Source: Microgenomates group bacterium GW2011_GWF2_46_18 (lineage in GTDB: Bacteria; Patescibacteriota; Microgenomatia; UBA1400; UBA12108). From it: 64,000 nucleotides of DNA. Both the position numbers and the translations under genes were made by a program. Below, one piece after another: positions 1 through 9,401 of the stretch (positions are counted from its first letter, which is position 1; each line of letters opens with the position of its first letter). The notes under the pieces are model-generated. The model was not told where the DNA came from. It was given only the letters and a program-made list of their open reading frames with translations, and did no database searches. The stretch lies in contig LCMB01000003.1 of NCBI GenBank assembly GCA_001002415.1, forward strand, positions 12,489 through 76,488. Direction: 5' to 3'.

Positions 1-1
1 A

Positions 2-1363
2 ATTATCTTACCCTATACCCTAAAGGGTGATGGTAAAACTGAAAGAGAATATCTCCAGTTTGAAGACGGAACAGAACTTTGGGTAGGAGAGTTAACCGGT
101 AAAGCTATTCTTGATGCCAAAGCCAAACAAGAAATATATTCTCGGGGAGCACTTTTGACCATTCCTGAAGAAATTCTGAAAGAATTTCCTCTTGCTCTAG
201 TTCCTCCCCAAATAGAAGCTCAAGTTGGACTAAATCCCTCTCTTTCTAATTCCTCCGCCCCCGCCGAAACATCTCCCGACCCAGCTATTTTACCCGACAC
301 TGAGCCTAAGGATATCAATCCCTTCGGACTCGAAAATATTCCGCTTGCCAATGCCAGCCAACTCACTCTTTCCCCTTCTCAGCTCGACAATCTCAAGGTT
401 ACTCTTCGTTATCAAAACCCCAAAGAAGTTATTATTGATCCCGATATTCTTGAATATCACAACGATCGAAGAGCTAATCCACCTCTTCCCGGTGAAACCA
501 ACGATGATTTGACCAATCTCCGTGATGATATTTCTTGTCTCAAAAATACTTGGGCCAATATTCTCGCAGTCTTCGGAAAAAATATCGATCGCCCGGACAT
601 GATCAAAGTAAAAGGCCCCATCCCCGAGATGTTTATCGATCAAATCCAGATCGATGGCAGCCAAGTCATTATTTCCGGACGCACCAAAAACCAGGAGAGT
701 GTGGTTAGCTTTAGTGTTTCCCGCAAAAAATTTGCCCGGCTCCTGCGTGATCCTAATACTGTTCTTGACGCTCAACTTACAGACGGCAGTTCAAACTCTA
801 CCCTTAAAAATATGATCATTGATTTAATTGGTGAAAACAAACCTTTCCCCCGAGCTTTTACGGTCTCAAACGAATGGTTGACTAGTCTTGCCGCTCTCGG
901 CGAACCTTCGCAAGCAGCCAACTCCGCCAGTCTTACCAGCCATTCGGCTGGATATCTTCTCGATGCCCAGTTAAATAATGCTCTATATGCGTATCTCCCC
1001 AACGGCATTCCCATCACCGTCAAAGGAATTGCCATTTATGGTAATCAAGGTTATTATCTCGCTAGCTTTGACCGTTTAGATGCCTTTACCGGTCTTGATA
1101 TTCGCACTAATACCGAAAGTATGCGCGATTTCGCTCTTCAACATGGTTTAATCACTTATTATTCTGACACTCTCTATCTTTTGATTCCCCTCAACTCCGC
1201 TGTTCTAGAAGACATGAGCCAAACTACTTCACACCCCATCCCCCTTGCCCGAAAGCTAAAACAAGAAAGAGAGACCCTCAACCGCGTTAACCCCGCTCAA
1301 AGCTTTCAAAGTCTAGACCGTCGCGCCCGTCAAATGGCCAAAAATCAGCGACAACAAGTATAA
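2..1363 (+). CDS. Hypothetical protein, 5' partial; the reading frame is open from the window start
   Basis: Frame of the 155..1363 ORF has no stop back to nt 2. Ordinary composition, no recognisable motif. Confidence 0.45.
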   Translation: MILPYTLKGDGKTEREYLQFEDGTELWVGELTGKAILDAKAKQEIYSRGALLTIPEEILKEFPLALVPPQIEAQVGLNPSLSNSSAPAETSPDPAILPDTEPKDINPFGLENIPLANASQLTLSPSQLDNLKVTLRYQNPKEVIIDPDILEYHNDRRANPPLPGETNDDLTNLRDDISCLKNTWANILAVFGKNIDRPDMIKVKGPIPEMFIDQIQIDGSQVIISGRTKNQESVVSFSVSRKKFARLLRDPNTVLDAQLTDGSSNSTLKNMIIDLIGENKPFPRAFTVSNEWLTSLAALGEPSQAANSASLTSHSAGYLLDAQLNNALYAYLPNGIPITVKGIAIYGNQGYYLASFDRLDAFTGLDIRTNTESMRDFALQHGLITYYSDTLYLLIPLNSAVLEDMSQTTSHPIPLARKLKQERETLNRVNPAQSFQSLDRRARQMAKNQRQQV

Positions 1364-1371
1364 TAATCTCC

Positions 1372-2172
1372 ATGCACTCTCTATTTTTCTTTGGCTCCGA
1401 CCAATATAGTCAAACTGTTCTTAACTATCTTCAAAACCACTCTGATCTAGCTATCACCCACCGCACCAATCTGACTTCTCTCCCACCAATTACTCCCGAT
1501 ACCCTTGGATTATCCGCCTCCTTCCCTCATCTTTTTCCTCCCGAACTCATCGACTCTTTCCAGGGAAAACTCTACAACCTCCACCCCTCTCTCCTGCCCC
1601 AATATCGTAACGTGGCCCCCGTCCCCTACGCCATCGCCATGGGGGACAAAGTGACCGGCATCACTCTCCAGCAAATTGACGCCAAAATTGATCACGGCCC
1701 CATTCTCGCGCAACAACAAGAACCCATTCTTCCCACTGACACTACTCCCCTGCTCCTTCACCGTCTCTTTACCCTCGGCGCCCAACTTTTCCTCGATTAT
1801 TTGGAGGGTGCAGAAGTGCTTTACAATCAAAACCCCAATCAACCCCTAATCTTTACCCACAAACTCACCACCGAATCCGGTCACCTTGAGTGGGCAGTAT
1901 TCCGCAAACTCCAGAACCACCAACCTGTTTTTGTCGAAGAAACCGCCAACCCTCTTTTAAAACTTCGACTTACCCGTAATCCTCAGGGTAACCTCCTTCA
2001 TGATCTCACCCGCGCTCTAAACGGGTACGAAAAGGTCTGGACGATTGCCCCGACCCGTAAGGGCGAGCTCCGCCTCACCATCGAATCCGTTCTTCCCAAC
2101 TTGACGATCAAACTCGCTGGCAAACCCAAACCAATCAGTTATAATGACTTTGTTAAATACTATTTGGAGTAA
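1372..2172 (+). CDS. fmt: Methionyl-tRNA formyltransferase (short form)
   Basis: N-terminal FFGSDQYS, then NLHPSLLPQYRNVAPVPYAIAMGDKVTGITLQQIDAKIDHGPIL, which matches the Fmt catalytic core (HPSLLP, GAAP, GVT-Q-D). Confidence 0.7.
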   Translation: MHSLFFFGSDQYSQTVLNYLQNHSDLAITHRTNLTSLPPITPDTLGLSASFPHLFPPELIDSFQGKLYNLHPSLLPQYRNVAPVPYAIAMGDKVTGITLQQIDAKIDHGPILAQQQEPILPTDTTPLLLHRLFTLGAQLFLDYLEGAEVLYNQNPNQPLIFTHKLTTESGHLEWAVFRKLQNHQPVFVEETANPLLKLRLTRNPQGNLLHDLTRALNGYEKVWTIAPTRKGELRLTIESVLPNLTIKLAGKPKPISYNDFVKYYLE

Positions 2173-2175
2173 ACT

Positions 2176-2421
2176 ATGGGAGAAAGACATCAACCAATCG
2201 ATCCAGTAACTCAAGCAGTTATTGATTTACATGAGGGAAAATCAAAAGGTGGCATTCGCGGTTTTTTTAAACGAGTTTTTAGAGCTCAAAGACAACTTGG
2301 ACTAATCGAAAACACTAATCCCATCGATGTAGTCACAACTCCTCCCGAAATAGCTACTGATATAAATACTTTTGAACCCAAAAAAGACGGCAAACAACCT
2401 CCTGCGCCACCCGCCGAATAA
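2176..2421 (+). CDS. Small hypothetical protein
   Basis: 81-aa ORF immediately after fmt; no motif recognised. Confidence 0.3.
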   Translation: MGERHQPIDPVTQAVIDLHEGKSKGGIRGFFKRVFRAQRQLGLIENTNPIDVVTTPPEIATDINTFEPKKDGKQPPAPPAE

Positions 2422-2468
2422 CCCCCTACCTCCCCCACCCCTCTTGACTCCAAGCTTATAATAATTCC

Positions 2469-3212
2469 ATGCTAGACTTACTCCGGAGGCCCGAAGTTAC
2501 TCAGGCTCATTTCTTTTACGATCGTCACATTACCACCACCAAAGGTGTAGAAGCGGGATATATACAAATCTCCAATACCCTCCTGGCTCTCAATCTCTCC
2601 ACTCTTATTCAGCTCGCCGAAAACAAAGATCTTCTTGCCGAGCTTAATTTATCCAAATTACAACAAGACTCACTCACCTCTGCTATCTGGCAACATCAAC
2701 ACCAATATTGGCAGAGACATATTTATCCTGATCGCTCCAGTTCTAACCCCGATGATCTAGCCGAACAATTAATCTCTCTTAACTCCGGTGCCAAGAAAAC
2801 CGTTGATCGTTTACCCATCACCTCGCTCACTTTCCCAGCTAATCTCTCCCCCACCCAAGAATTACAATCACGCCAAGATATTCTCGCTCCTGTCATAACT
2901 ACACTCTTTACTTCCGTCCAAATCGGCTGGGGATTAAAACGACCGCCCCTCAATGCAACACTTCGTGAATCCGCTCAACATCTCGTTAATGACAGATACA
3001 ACCTTACCTATCTACTCGCCGCTTCTCTTCTTCTCGATTCCGATAGTCAACAAACTCTCCAACAATATCTAGATTCTCGTCACTCTCCCCATACAATCAA
3101 CACCTCTCCCGGCCCCTCCCGACTTCACTTTAGAAAGGGCGGTGCAGACGAACAAGCTGGTGGTTTCTCCCCAGACGATTATGGTGACCATCGCGCTGAC
3201 GAAGATTACTAA
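2469..3212 (+). CDS. Hypothetical protein
   Basis: 247-aa ORF with no recognisable motif. Confidence 0.4.
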   Translation: MLDLLRRPEVTQAHFFYDRHITTTKGVEAGYIQISNTLLALNLSTLIQLAENKDLLAELNLSKLQQDSLTSAIWQHQHQYWQRHIYPDRSSSNPDDLAEQLISLNSGAKKTVDRLPITSLTFPANLSPTQELQSRQDILAPVITTLFTSVQIGWGLKRPPLNATLRESAQHLVNDRYNLTYLLAASLLLDSDSQQTLQQYLDSRHSPHTINTSPGPSRLHFRKGGADEQAGGFSPDDYGDHRADEDY

Positions 3213-3213
3213 C

Positions 3214-5367
3214 CTACCTCCCCCACCTCTCCCTACTCACCCTGATTACTTTGCTCCTATTTTCGTTCCTGCTATTGGGTAGCGGCAAAGTCCTGGCGAC
3301 AAATGCCCTCCCGCTCATCGCATCAATCATCAACCTGACCGCAATCTGGTAATTTTCCAGATTTACCAAATCCTTGTCCGTAAACACCTCGCCAAACTCC
3401 TTCATGATAATCCGAGCATCCTCAGCTCCAATGTTAAAGCTCACAATTGAGCCCGCATTCCCCAAAATGGCCTTTTGCACATCGATCGGAATCTGGGCCA
3501 TATACTGGTTGGCCATCATTAAATTCAGTTTGTACTTTCTGGCTTCTGACAAAATCTTGATAAAACTGGTCGTGGCAAAGTTTTGGAACTCATCAACATA
3601 GAGATAAAAATCCCGCCGATCATTTTCTCCCATCTCGACCCGGTTCATAGCCGCCAACTGGAACTTGGTAATAAGCATCGCCCCGACCAAGGCCGCATTA
3701 TCCTCCCCTAGTTTGCCTTGCGACAAATTGGCAATCAAAATCTTACCCTCGTTCATCACCGCTTCCATATCAATACTGCTGGTTGGCCGCTCAATGATGG
3801 CCCGGATCAACGGCGAGCTCACAAACTGTCCCACTTTGTTTAAAATCGGCGAGATCGACTCCTGCAACATTTTCTCCGGCATCTTATCAAATTCGTTCTC
3901 AAAATAGCGCTTAATCACTGGGTCTTGCAGTTTTGCCTCTACTTCCGCTCGGTAACTCCGATCTGTCAAAAGCCGCGGCACGTCTACCAAAGTGGCTCCC
4001 GGCACTTCGCTCAATGCCAGTAAGGTATTGCGCAAAATATACTCGAGTCTCGGTCCCCACGAATGCCCGTACAGCTTATTAAAAATAGCCACAATGCCAG
4101 ATACCACCAACTCCCGCTGGGCTGGGTCTTTGACCTCCAATATATTCAGCCTGACTGGTCGATCTCGATCGATCGGGTTAAAGTAAATGACGTCATTCAA
4201 CCGAGACGCCGGCACATAATCCAAAATCGTCTCTGACAAATCTCCGTGTGGGTCAATAATCGCCACTCCCCGTCCCTTTTTCATATCATCAATCGCCATA
4301 TTGGCAATTAGGGTACTTTTCCCCGTCCCGGTTTTCCCTATCACCCATAAATGCCGTCTCCGGTCCGTATCTTTAATCCCAAAGATAAGATCTCGATTCT
4401 TAAAAATTGTCCTACCAAAAAAATTAATTTTGGCTTTCTCTTCCTCGGTTTTGCCCTCAGCAATCGGCAGATTTTCCGGCGGTTCAGACAGCACATTCTG
4501 TCCCCACAAAATCATCGGAATCTTGACCTTTTCGCTCGGCAAATGCCACAGGGTTGCCATCTCCGCTACCGCTACCACTCGTTTGCCTCCACCCACTCGA
4601 TTTAGCAGCTTCTTTCGCCAGCCTTCTTTCCCCCACAAAGGCCTAACCAACTTCCAGGCATTCCCATCCGGTTTGGCAAACACGCCAAATACCGCCGCCA
4701 GTTCATTTAACCGCGAACTAGACGTCGCCCCTACCCGGAAATTAACTGCAAATCCACTCTGGGCAATCTTTTCTTCAATCCCCCGCTGGTTAGGCAGACT
4801 CCCCCGCCTCTCTGTGTAGCCTCTCCCATTCGCCTGCTGGCCGCTCACTCCCATGGCTCTTCCTCGGTCTATTGCCCCTCTCCCTGCTCCCTGCCAATCG
4901 TTAGGAGCCTTAGATAGCACCCAGGACAAATACACCACTTCATCGGCACTGACCTTCGACAGAACCGATAGATACGAGTTGATCGGATCCGTCTCCCGAA
5001 AATCCGCCCAAGTTTTCAAAGGATAAAAACTGGCCAAAGCCAACCGTAATTCCCCCACCTCCAATTTGTTCACCAATGAAGGGAGTGGGTCTTCGATCGG
5101 AGTAATCATCGCCAAAGGGTATGTGGACTGGATTTGAGAACTGACAAACTGAGCCAAACTGCTATTGCAACTCACCAAAAATCTGATTTTCTGCTCCCAT
5201 ACCGCTACTTCTAGGGCAATAACCGGCTGGGGCTCGCCCTTGATCCAAATATCAAAGAGTGATTTCTGCAAAATGTTTGGGAAAGTCGACAAAAATGTCG
5301 CCGCTGACTCGGGAGTTACTTCGGTCTCACGAGGAATCGTCACAAGAAGCGTCGTCAGCTTGGGCAT
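3214..5367 (-). CDS. TraD/VirD4/HerA-like P-loop NTPase (type IV secretion coupling-protein-like ATPase)
   Basis: Walker A GKTGTGKST and Walker B LYVDEFQNF. The 717-aa architecture is typical of the FtsK-HerA/TraG-TraD AAA-like (DUF87) family. Confidence 0.6.
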   Translation of the reverse strand: MPKLTTLLVTIPRETEVTPESAATFLSTFPNILQKSLFDIWIKGEPQPVIALEVAVWEQKIRFLVSCNSSLAQFVSSQIQSTYPLAMITPIEDPLPSLVNKLEVGELRLALASFYPLKTWADFRETDPINSYLSVLSKVSADEVVYLSWVLSKAPNDWQGAGRGAIDRGRAMGVSGQQANGRGYTERRGSLPNQRGIEEKIAQSGFAVNFRVGATSSSRLNELAAVFGVFAKPDGNAWKLVRPLWGKEGWRKKLLNRVGGGKRVVAVAEMATLWHLPSEKVKIPMILWGQNVLSEPPENLPIAEGKTEEEKAKINFFGRTIFKNRDLIFGIKDTDRRRHLWVIGKTGTGKSTLIANMAIDDMKKGRGVAIIDPHGDLSETILDYVPASRLNDVIYFNPIDRDRPVRLNILEVKDPAQRELVVSGIVAIFNKLYGHSWGPRLEYILRNTLLALSEVPGATLVDVPRLLTDRSYRAEVEAKLQDPVIKRYFENEFDKMPEKMLQESISPILNKVGQFVSSPLIRAIIERPTSSIDMEAVMNEGKILIANLSQGKLGEDNAALVGAMLITKFQLAAMNRVEMGENDRRDFYLYVDEFQNFATTSFIKILSEARKYKLNLMMANQYMAQIPIDVQKAILGNAGSIVSFNIGAEDARIIMKEFGEVFTDKDLVNLENYQIAVRLMIDAMSGRAFVARTLPLPNSRNENRSKVIRVSRERWGR

Positions 5368-5532
5368 ATAACTTCAGTATAACCTATCGCAACATCCACA
5401 CCAATCCCGCTATCCCACAACACGCAGTCAAAGCGAAAATACTCAAAAACACCATCTTACGGAATCTGTTTTCATGCTCTATGACTTGTTCAAACGGAAT
5501 CTCACCTGGTAATCTACCAACCTCTGTCATAT

Positions 5533-5733
5533 TTACTCTCCCTTAGCGGGCAGAGCCATCTTCACTTTACGCAGACACTTGGTACATAGCATCAGTCTCA
5601 GCTTACTTTCCCCGATCTGCATCCGGTGGGCGTGCAAATTGGGTTTGCGGATCCGTTGAGACCTATTCTTGGCATGACTCACGCTATGCCCCACATCCTG
5701 TCCCTTGTCACACAATGCACATTTATTTGCCAT
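5533..5733 (-). CDS. rpmB: 50S ribosomal protein L28
   Basis: MANKCALCDKGQDVGHSVSHAKNRSQRIRKPNLHAHR... matches L28 (C-x-C-G..., SHA-N-T-RR-PNL). Internal Met chosen as start; its CAT is at 5731-5733. Confidence 0.8.
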   Translation of the reverse strand: MANKCALCDKGQDVGHSVSHAKNRSQRIRKPNLHAHRMQIGESKLRLMLCTKCLRKVKMALPAKGE

Positions 5734-6001
5734 AGGGGTGTATTCTAGCAAAACATCTAGTTTTGCGCTACTCTGCATTTGTAATCTCGGCATTCTTTTT
5801 GACCTTCCACATTATTTACCTCATTACAAATCCACTCAGTCGCCCCGCTTCCAGTCTCTGCCCCAGGTTCCGCAGTTTTATCTAAAAATAGCCTTTCCCT
5901 AGCAAACTGCCCTTGTGCCGCACAAGCTCCGTCTTTCAAGCTGCAATGCAAACAAAATCCGGATTTCCATTCAACACCTATGGGAGTTGGCATATCACCT
6001 C

Positions 6002-6604
6002 TCACGCACTCACACTGCCGCGGTTACGGAAAATGAGCGAAGCTCCAATCACCAACCCCACAATTACCAAGACAATTACCAGTAGCGATGTTAATATCTT
6101 CCCAATCACGGTTCCTGCCGTTGTTCCCGCAGTACTCGTGCTAGATTGAACCGTCACACCCTTACTCTCAGTTGTAGTCGAGGGAGTAGTTGTGGCAGTA
6201 GGAGCCACTGTTACTGATTTATCAAAATTAAATACACTCAGTGATCCCGTCAAAACAATCCTGTCACTAGGGCGGCGAACCAAACTATCTTTCTCAGCCG
6301 TAATCACCATCTCGTTAAACGGGCTCGCAATATTACCCGAGAAATATCCTCGATCTACCTCGGCTATCCGGATCATCTCGCCTCTGACACTAGTCTTGCC
6401 CCACAATACATATCGGTTATAAGTCGTTTCGTAAGGATAAACCAACCCGTCACATCGGCCAGATACCCGGTAATATCCGTCTTGATAGAGGGATACTCCC
6501 TTGCACGACACCTGAGAACTGGTCAAATCCACACTTCCCTCATGGGCAGCTGCACTCCCCGCCAAAACAAACCACAAAGCTGCAAACACCAAAAACTTCT
6601 TCAT
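6002..6604 (-). CDS. Secreted/membrane-anchored hypothetical protein
   Basis: N-terminal signal peptide MKKFLVFAALWFVLAGSAAA, a Thr/Ser-rich linker, and a C-terminal hydrophobic anchor. Confidence 0.5.
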   Translation of the reverse strand: MKKFLVFAALWFVLAGSAAAHEGSVDLTSSQVSCKGVSLYQDGYYRVSGRCDGLVYPYETTYNRYVLWGKTSVRGEMIRIAEVDRGYFSGNIASPFNEMVITAEKDSLVRRPSDRIVLTGSLSVFNFDKSVTVAPTATTTPSTTTESKGVTVQSSTSTAGTTAGTVIGKILTSLLVIVLVIVGLVIGASLIFRNRGSVSA

Positions 6605-6673
6605 ACAGCCTATAATTTACCAAAAACTACCCAAAAAGTCAAGATCACCCCCCGATCGCGTAAAATACTCCTT

Positions 6674-7726
6674 ATGTCACTCTCACTTCACGATTTCCAG
6701 TACTATCTCCCAGAAAAGCTGATTGCTCAGTCTCCTGCCCATCCCCGTGACTCAGCCCGCCTCCTTTTGCTCAACCGCCAGACCCATACAATCTCCCACC
6801 ACCGTATTTCTGACCTCCCTAACCTTCTCCCTCCCAGCTATGATCTGGTAGTCAACAACACCAAAGTCTTCCCAGCCAGGTTGCTCGGCCATAAAGCTAC
6901 CGGCGGAGCCGTTGAAATCTTGCTCCTCCACAAACTGTCTTCCGCTCGTTACCACGTGATCACTCGTCCCGGGCTCAAGGTTGATCAAACCATTATTCTC
7001 TCCCCCACCCTTTCTGCCCGCGTGACCCATGTCGCAGGCCGCATTCGTACCCTTATTTTCTCTCAAACGGACCCCACTCTGACCGAGTCTCTTGCTCAAC
7101 TCGGGTCCATGCCCACTCCCCCGTACATTAAACGTCTGCTTAAGGATCCAGCCGATTATCAGACCGTTTATGCTAAATATGGCTTTTCCGCTGCCGCCCC
7201 GACCGCCGGCCTCCACTTTACCCCCCATTTAATCCACACTATAAAACAAGCCCATGCCTGGCACGAACTCACCCTCAATGTGGGCTTAGGTACCTTCCTC
7301 CCGGTCAAAGCCGAGAAAATTACCGACCACCTCATGCACGCCGAAAGTTATACTCTCTCTCCCTCGACCTCCCTCGCTTTGACCCATCTTGTGCACTCCT
7401 CTCGCCGTCTCTTGGCGGTCGGGACCACCACCGTCCGTGCCCTCGAATCCAACCTAGCCAATCACCCTTCTTTTACCCCAGGCACATTCTCTACTTCCAT
7501 TTTTATGTATCCCCCCTACCGTTTCCGCGCCACCGACGCTCTCCTTACCAACTTTCACCTGCCTGGCTCGACCCTGCTTATGCTGGTCTCTGCTTTTGTG
7601 AGCGCTCCTAATACAAAGGACCCTTTTACCACCTTTGCCGCTTCCCTCCTGGGGAAAGCCTACGCTGAAGCTGTCCAGGAAGGTTATCGTTTCTTTAGTT
7701 TTGGCGATGCCATGCTGATTCTGTAA
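6674..7726 (+). CDS. queA: S-adenosylmethionine:tRNA ribosyltransferase-isomerase
   Basis: MSLSLHDFQYYLPEKLIAQSP...RDSARLL matches the QueA N-terminus. The ATG at 6674 is preferred over the upstream start of the long ORF. Confidence 0.8.
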   Translation: MSLSLHDFQYYLPEKLIAQSPAHPRDSARLLLLNRQTHTISHHRISDLPNLLPPSYDLVVNNTKVFPARLLGHKATGGAVEILLLHKLSSARYHVITRPGLKVDQTIILSPTLSARVTHVAGRIRTLIFSQTDPTLTESLAQLGSMPTPPYIKRLLKDPADYQTVYAKYGFSAAAPTAGLHFTPHLIHTIKQAHAWHELTLNVGLGTFLPVKAEKITDHLMHAESYTLSPSTSLALTHLVHSSRRLLAVGTTTVRALESNLANHPSFTPGTFSTSIFMYPPYRFRATDALLTNFHLPGSTLLMLVSAFVSAPNTKDPFTTFAASLLGKAYAEAVQEGYRFFSFGDAMLIL

Positions 7727-7732
7727 GGTATA

Positions 7733-8356
7733 ATGATCCCCATGCTCGCTACCCTTTTTTCTAACCCCATCCTCTTTCTCTTTTGGATGATCGCGCTTGT
7801 TGCTACCATTTCCATCCATGAGTATGCTCATGCACGTATGGCCGACCGCCTTGGCGATCCCACCCCCCGCGCCATGGGGCGCCTCACCCTAAACCCCAAA
7901 GCTCATCTTGACCCCCTAGGTACCCTTGCCCTGCTTTTGATTGGTTTCGGCTGGGGCAAGCCTGTTCCTTTTGACCCCTACAATCTCCGCTCTCCCCGCC
8001 GAGATAGTGCCCTGATCGCGCTCGCCGGCCCCGCATCCAATCTTCTTTTTGCCTTTGTTTTATCGATGTTAATCAGATTTGTCCCTCTCACCTATCTGCT
8101 TACATCGCTCATCTCCATCCTTGTCTCACTCAACATCATGTTGGCAATCTTTAATCTAGTTCCCGTCTTCCCCCTCGATGGTGAAAAAATTCTCTCCGGT
8201 TTTCTCCCGGCTGGTCTCGCCCAAGAATACAGCAACATCATGCGTCAGTATGGAACTTTAATTCTGATCTTTCTCCTGCTTCCCTTAGGTGGAACTTCCC
8301 CCATCTCGGCCCTCATCTCTCCCGTGATCGGCTGGATCACTCAATTATTACTATAA
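7733..8356 (+). CDS. M50 family site-2 metalloprotease
   Basis: HEYAHA (HExxH) inside a TM helix, LDGG-like LDGEK motif, and multiple TM segments. Confidence 0.65.
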   Translation: MIPMLATLFSNPILFLFWMIALVATISIHEYAHARMADRLGDPTPRAMGRLTLNPKAHLDPLGTLALLLIGFGWGKPVPFDPYNLRSPRRDSALIALAGPASNLLFAFVLSMLIRFVPLTYLLTSLISILVSLNIMLAIFNLVPVFPLDGEKILSGFLPAGLAQEYSNIMRQYGTLILIFLLLPLGGTSPISALISPVIGWITQLLL

Positions 8357-8360
8357 ATTT

Positions 8361-8657
8361 ATGCCCGACCACGAAGTAACAACCCCCTCACTTTTTCCCG
8401 AATGTACTAATTGTCACCTGGTTAACGATTTACTCACCAAACTCCTTTTGGCGCAAACTAACCCCCGAACCCCATTTTCTCTCATCTCCCTCCAAATGCT
8501 CTGCTACCCGATCGGTGACAAAGGAATGGCCATGATTTGGCTTGCCAATACAAAAAGGGAATACACCCAACGCACTCTAGAAGTCCTTATGGGTCCGCAT
8601 CCAGAAGATCTAAAAATTATTTCTTGTCCAGGATTATCCGCCACAAACCACCCTTAA
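8361..8657 (+). CDS. Hypothetical protein
   Basis: 98-aa ORF starting 4 nt after the M50 protease stop. Confidence 0.25.
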   Translation: MPDHEVTTPSLFPECTNCHLVNDLLTKLLLAQTNPRTPFSLISLQMLCYPIGDKGMAMIWLANTKREYTQRTLEVLMGPHPEDLKIISCPGLSATNHP

Positions 8658-8658
8658 C

Positions 8659-8889
8659 CTAATTCCCCCCCACTCCTGAGACAACTCTCCCCATCACCCA
8701 TTGACCATTTGGTAAAAGCAAACTTTCCCTCCACCCACCCCCAAAATCTGGCATTACTTCAACTGCCACTATCTCATACAGACGGCCACCCACCTCAACC
8801 GATCCGTAGGGTTTGCCATCCGAACCCACCTCATAAACAACTCCTGATCTCTTAAACCATTCTTGTACCAACTCGGCTGAGCCTGTCAT
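8659..8889 (-). CDS. Hypothetical small protein
   Basis: 76-aa ORF with Gly-rich but protein-like composition. Confidence 0.25.
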   Translation of the reverse strand: MTGSAELVQEWFKRSGVVYEVGSDGKPYGSVEVGGRLYEIVAVEVMPDFGGGWRESLLLPNGQWVMGRVVSGVGGN

Positions 8890-8922
8890 ACCCCTATTTT
8901 ACTCCCCCACTTCAATCCTCAC

Positions 8923-8979
8923 GACTTTTCTCCTCGCTTGGGGTAAAATAGGGAATGTAGGGTCGTCGTTCAGCGGTAG
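8923..8979 (+). repeat. 57-nt direct repeat copy 1: relic of a GIY-YIG gene 3' end plus tRNA-Trp nt 1-21
   Basis: gactttt-ctcctcg-cttggggtaaaatagggaatgtagggtcgtcgttcagcggtag matches 9233..9289 with a few mismatches. Followed by an 8-bp GC hairpin at 8980..9003. Confidence 0.7.
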
Positions 8980-9015
8980 CCCCGCTGCTCACGAACAGCG
9001 GGGTCCAAAACCGAA

Positions 9016-9261
9016 ATGTATTACGTATACATCCTAGAAGATCGAAACAACAAACTTTACATTGGTTATTCTTCCGATCTTAAAAAGAGACTCATCTCGC
9101 ATGCATCCGGAACTACTTACACCACTAAAAGGATGAACCAACCTCAGTTAGTTTATTACGAAGCTTACTCAACGGAACAACTAGCCAGAAATCGAGAATC
9201 CAAGCTAAAACAGTTCGGTTCGAGTTACGCGGGACTTTTAAAACGTCTTGGGTTAAAATAA
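9016..9261 (+). CDS. GIY-YIG nuclease family protein (short UPF0213/YhbQ-like type)
   Basis: YYVYILEDRNNKLYIGYSSDLKKRLISH carries the GIY-YIG signature (G-I-Y(10)Y-I-G, R, E/N). Confidence 0.7.
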   Translation: MYYVYILEDRNNKLYIGYSSDLKKRLISHASGTTYTTKRMNQPQLVYYEAYSTEQLARNRESKLKQFGSSYAGLLKRLGLK

Positions 9262-9289
9262 GGGGCATAGGGTCGTCGTTCAGCGGTAG
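9233..9289 (+). repeat. 57-nt direct repeat copy 2, overlapping the GIY-YIG 3' end and the tRNA-Trp 5' end
   Basis: See copy 1. Confidence 0.7.
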
Positions 9290-9342
9290 GACAGAGGTCT
9301 CCAAAACCTCTAACGAAGGTTCGATTCCTTCCGACCCTGCCC
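9269..9342 (+). tRNA. tRNA-Trp (anticodon CCA)
   Basis: Cloverleaf: acceptor AGGGTCG/CGACCCT, D arm GTTC-AGCGGTAG-GGAC, anticodon stem GAGGT/ACCTC with loop CTCCAAA, T arm GAAGG-TTCGATT-CCTTC, discriminator G. The 3' end reads GCCCA, so the terminal CCA is not cleanly encoded. Confidence 0.75.
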
Positions 9343-9373
9343 ACAATGCTTGAGCATAGCGATGCAGGCGGGC

Positions 9374-9401
9374 CTGCAGTAATATATTTTGATATATTCA
9401 A
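9374..9401. repeat. Palindromic intergenic repeat R1 (CTGCAGTAATATATTTTGATATATTCAA)
   Basis: Core AATATAT-TTTG-ATATATT is a perfect 7-nt inverted repeat. Related copies at 10316, 10990, 11435, 12163 and 13385. Confidence 0.7.

Noticed and set aside
290-1035. ORFs 290..775(-) and 772..1035(-), antisense to the 402-aa gene
   Set aside because: Fully embedded antisense in a longer, better-composed ORF. Typical shadow ORFs.
3374-5371. Series of plus-strand ORFs (3374..3601, 3665..3907, 3992..4186, 4301..4819, 4351..4605, 5165..5371) inside the TraD-like ATPase gene
   Set aside because: All are antisense to a 717-aa ORF that has clear Walker motifs. Their composition (S/L/P/R-rich) is typical of antisense frames.
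5757-6005. 82-aa ORF with a CxHC...C pattern just upstream of rpmB
   Set aside because: Short. No convincing start or SD. It overlaps the signal-peptide gene end. It cannot be distinguished from a chance ORF by eye, although a small zinc-ribbon protein is not excluded.
8923-9342. Group I intron inside tRNA-Trp encoding the GIY-YIG ORF
   Set aside because: The downstream tRNA copy is complete (nucleotides 1-73) rather than a bare 3' exon. No P1-P9 group I core elements are recognisable in 8980-9268. A duplication or insertion explanation fits better.
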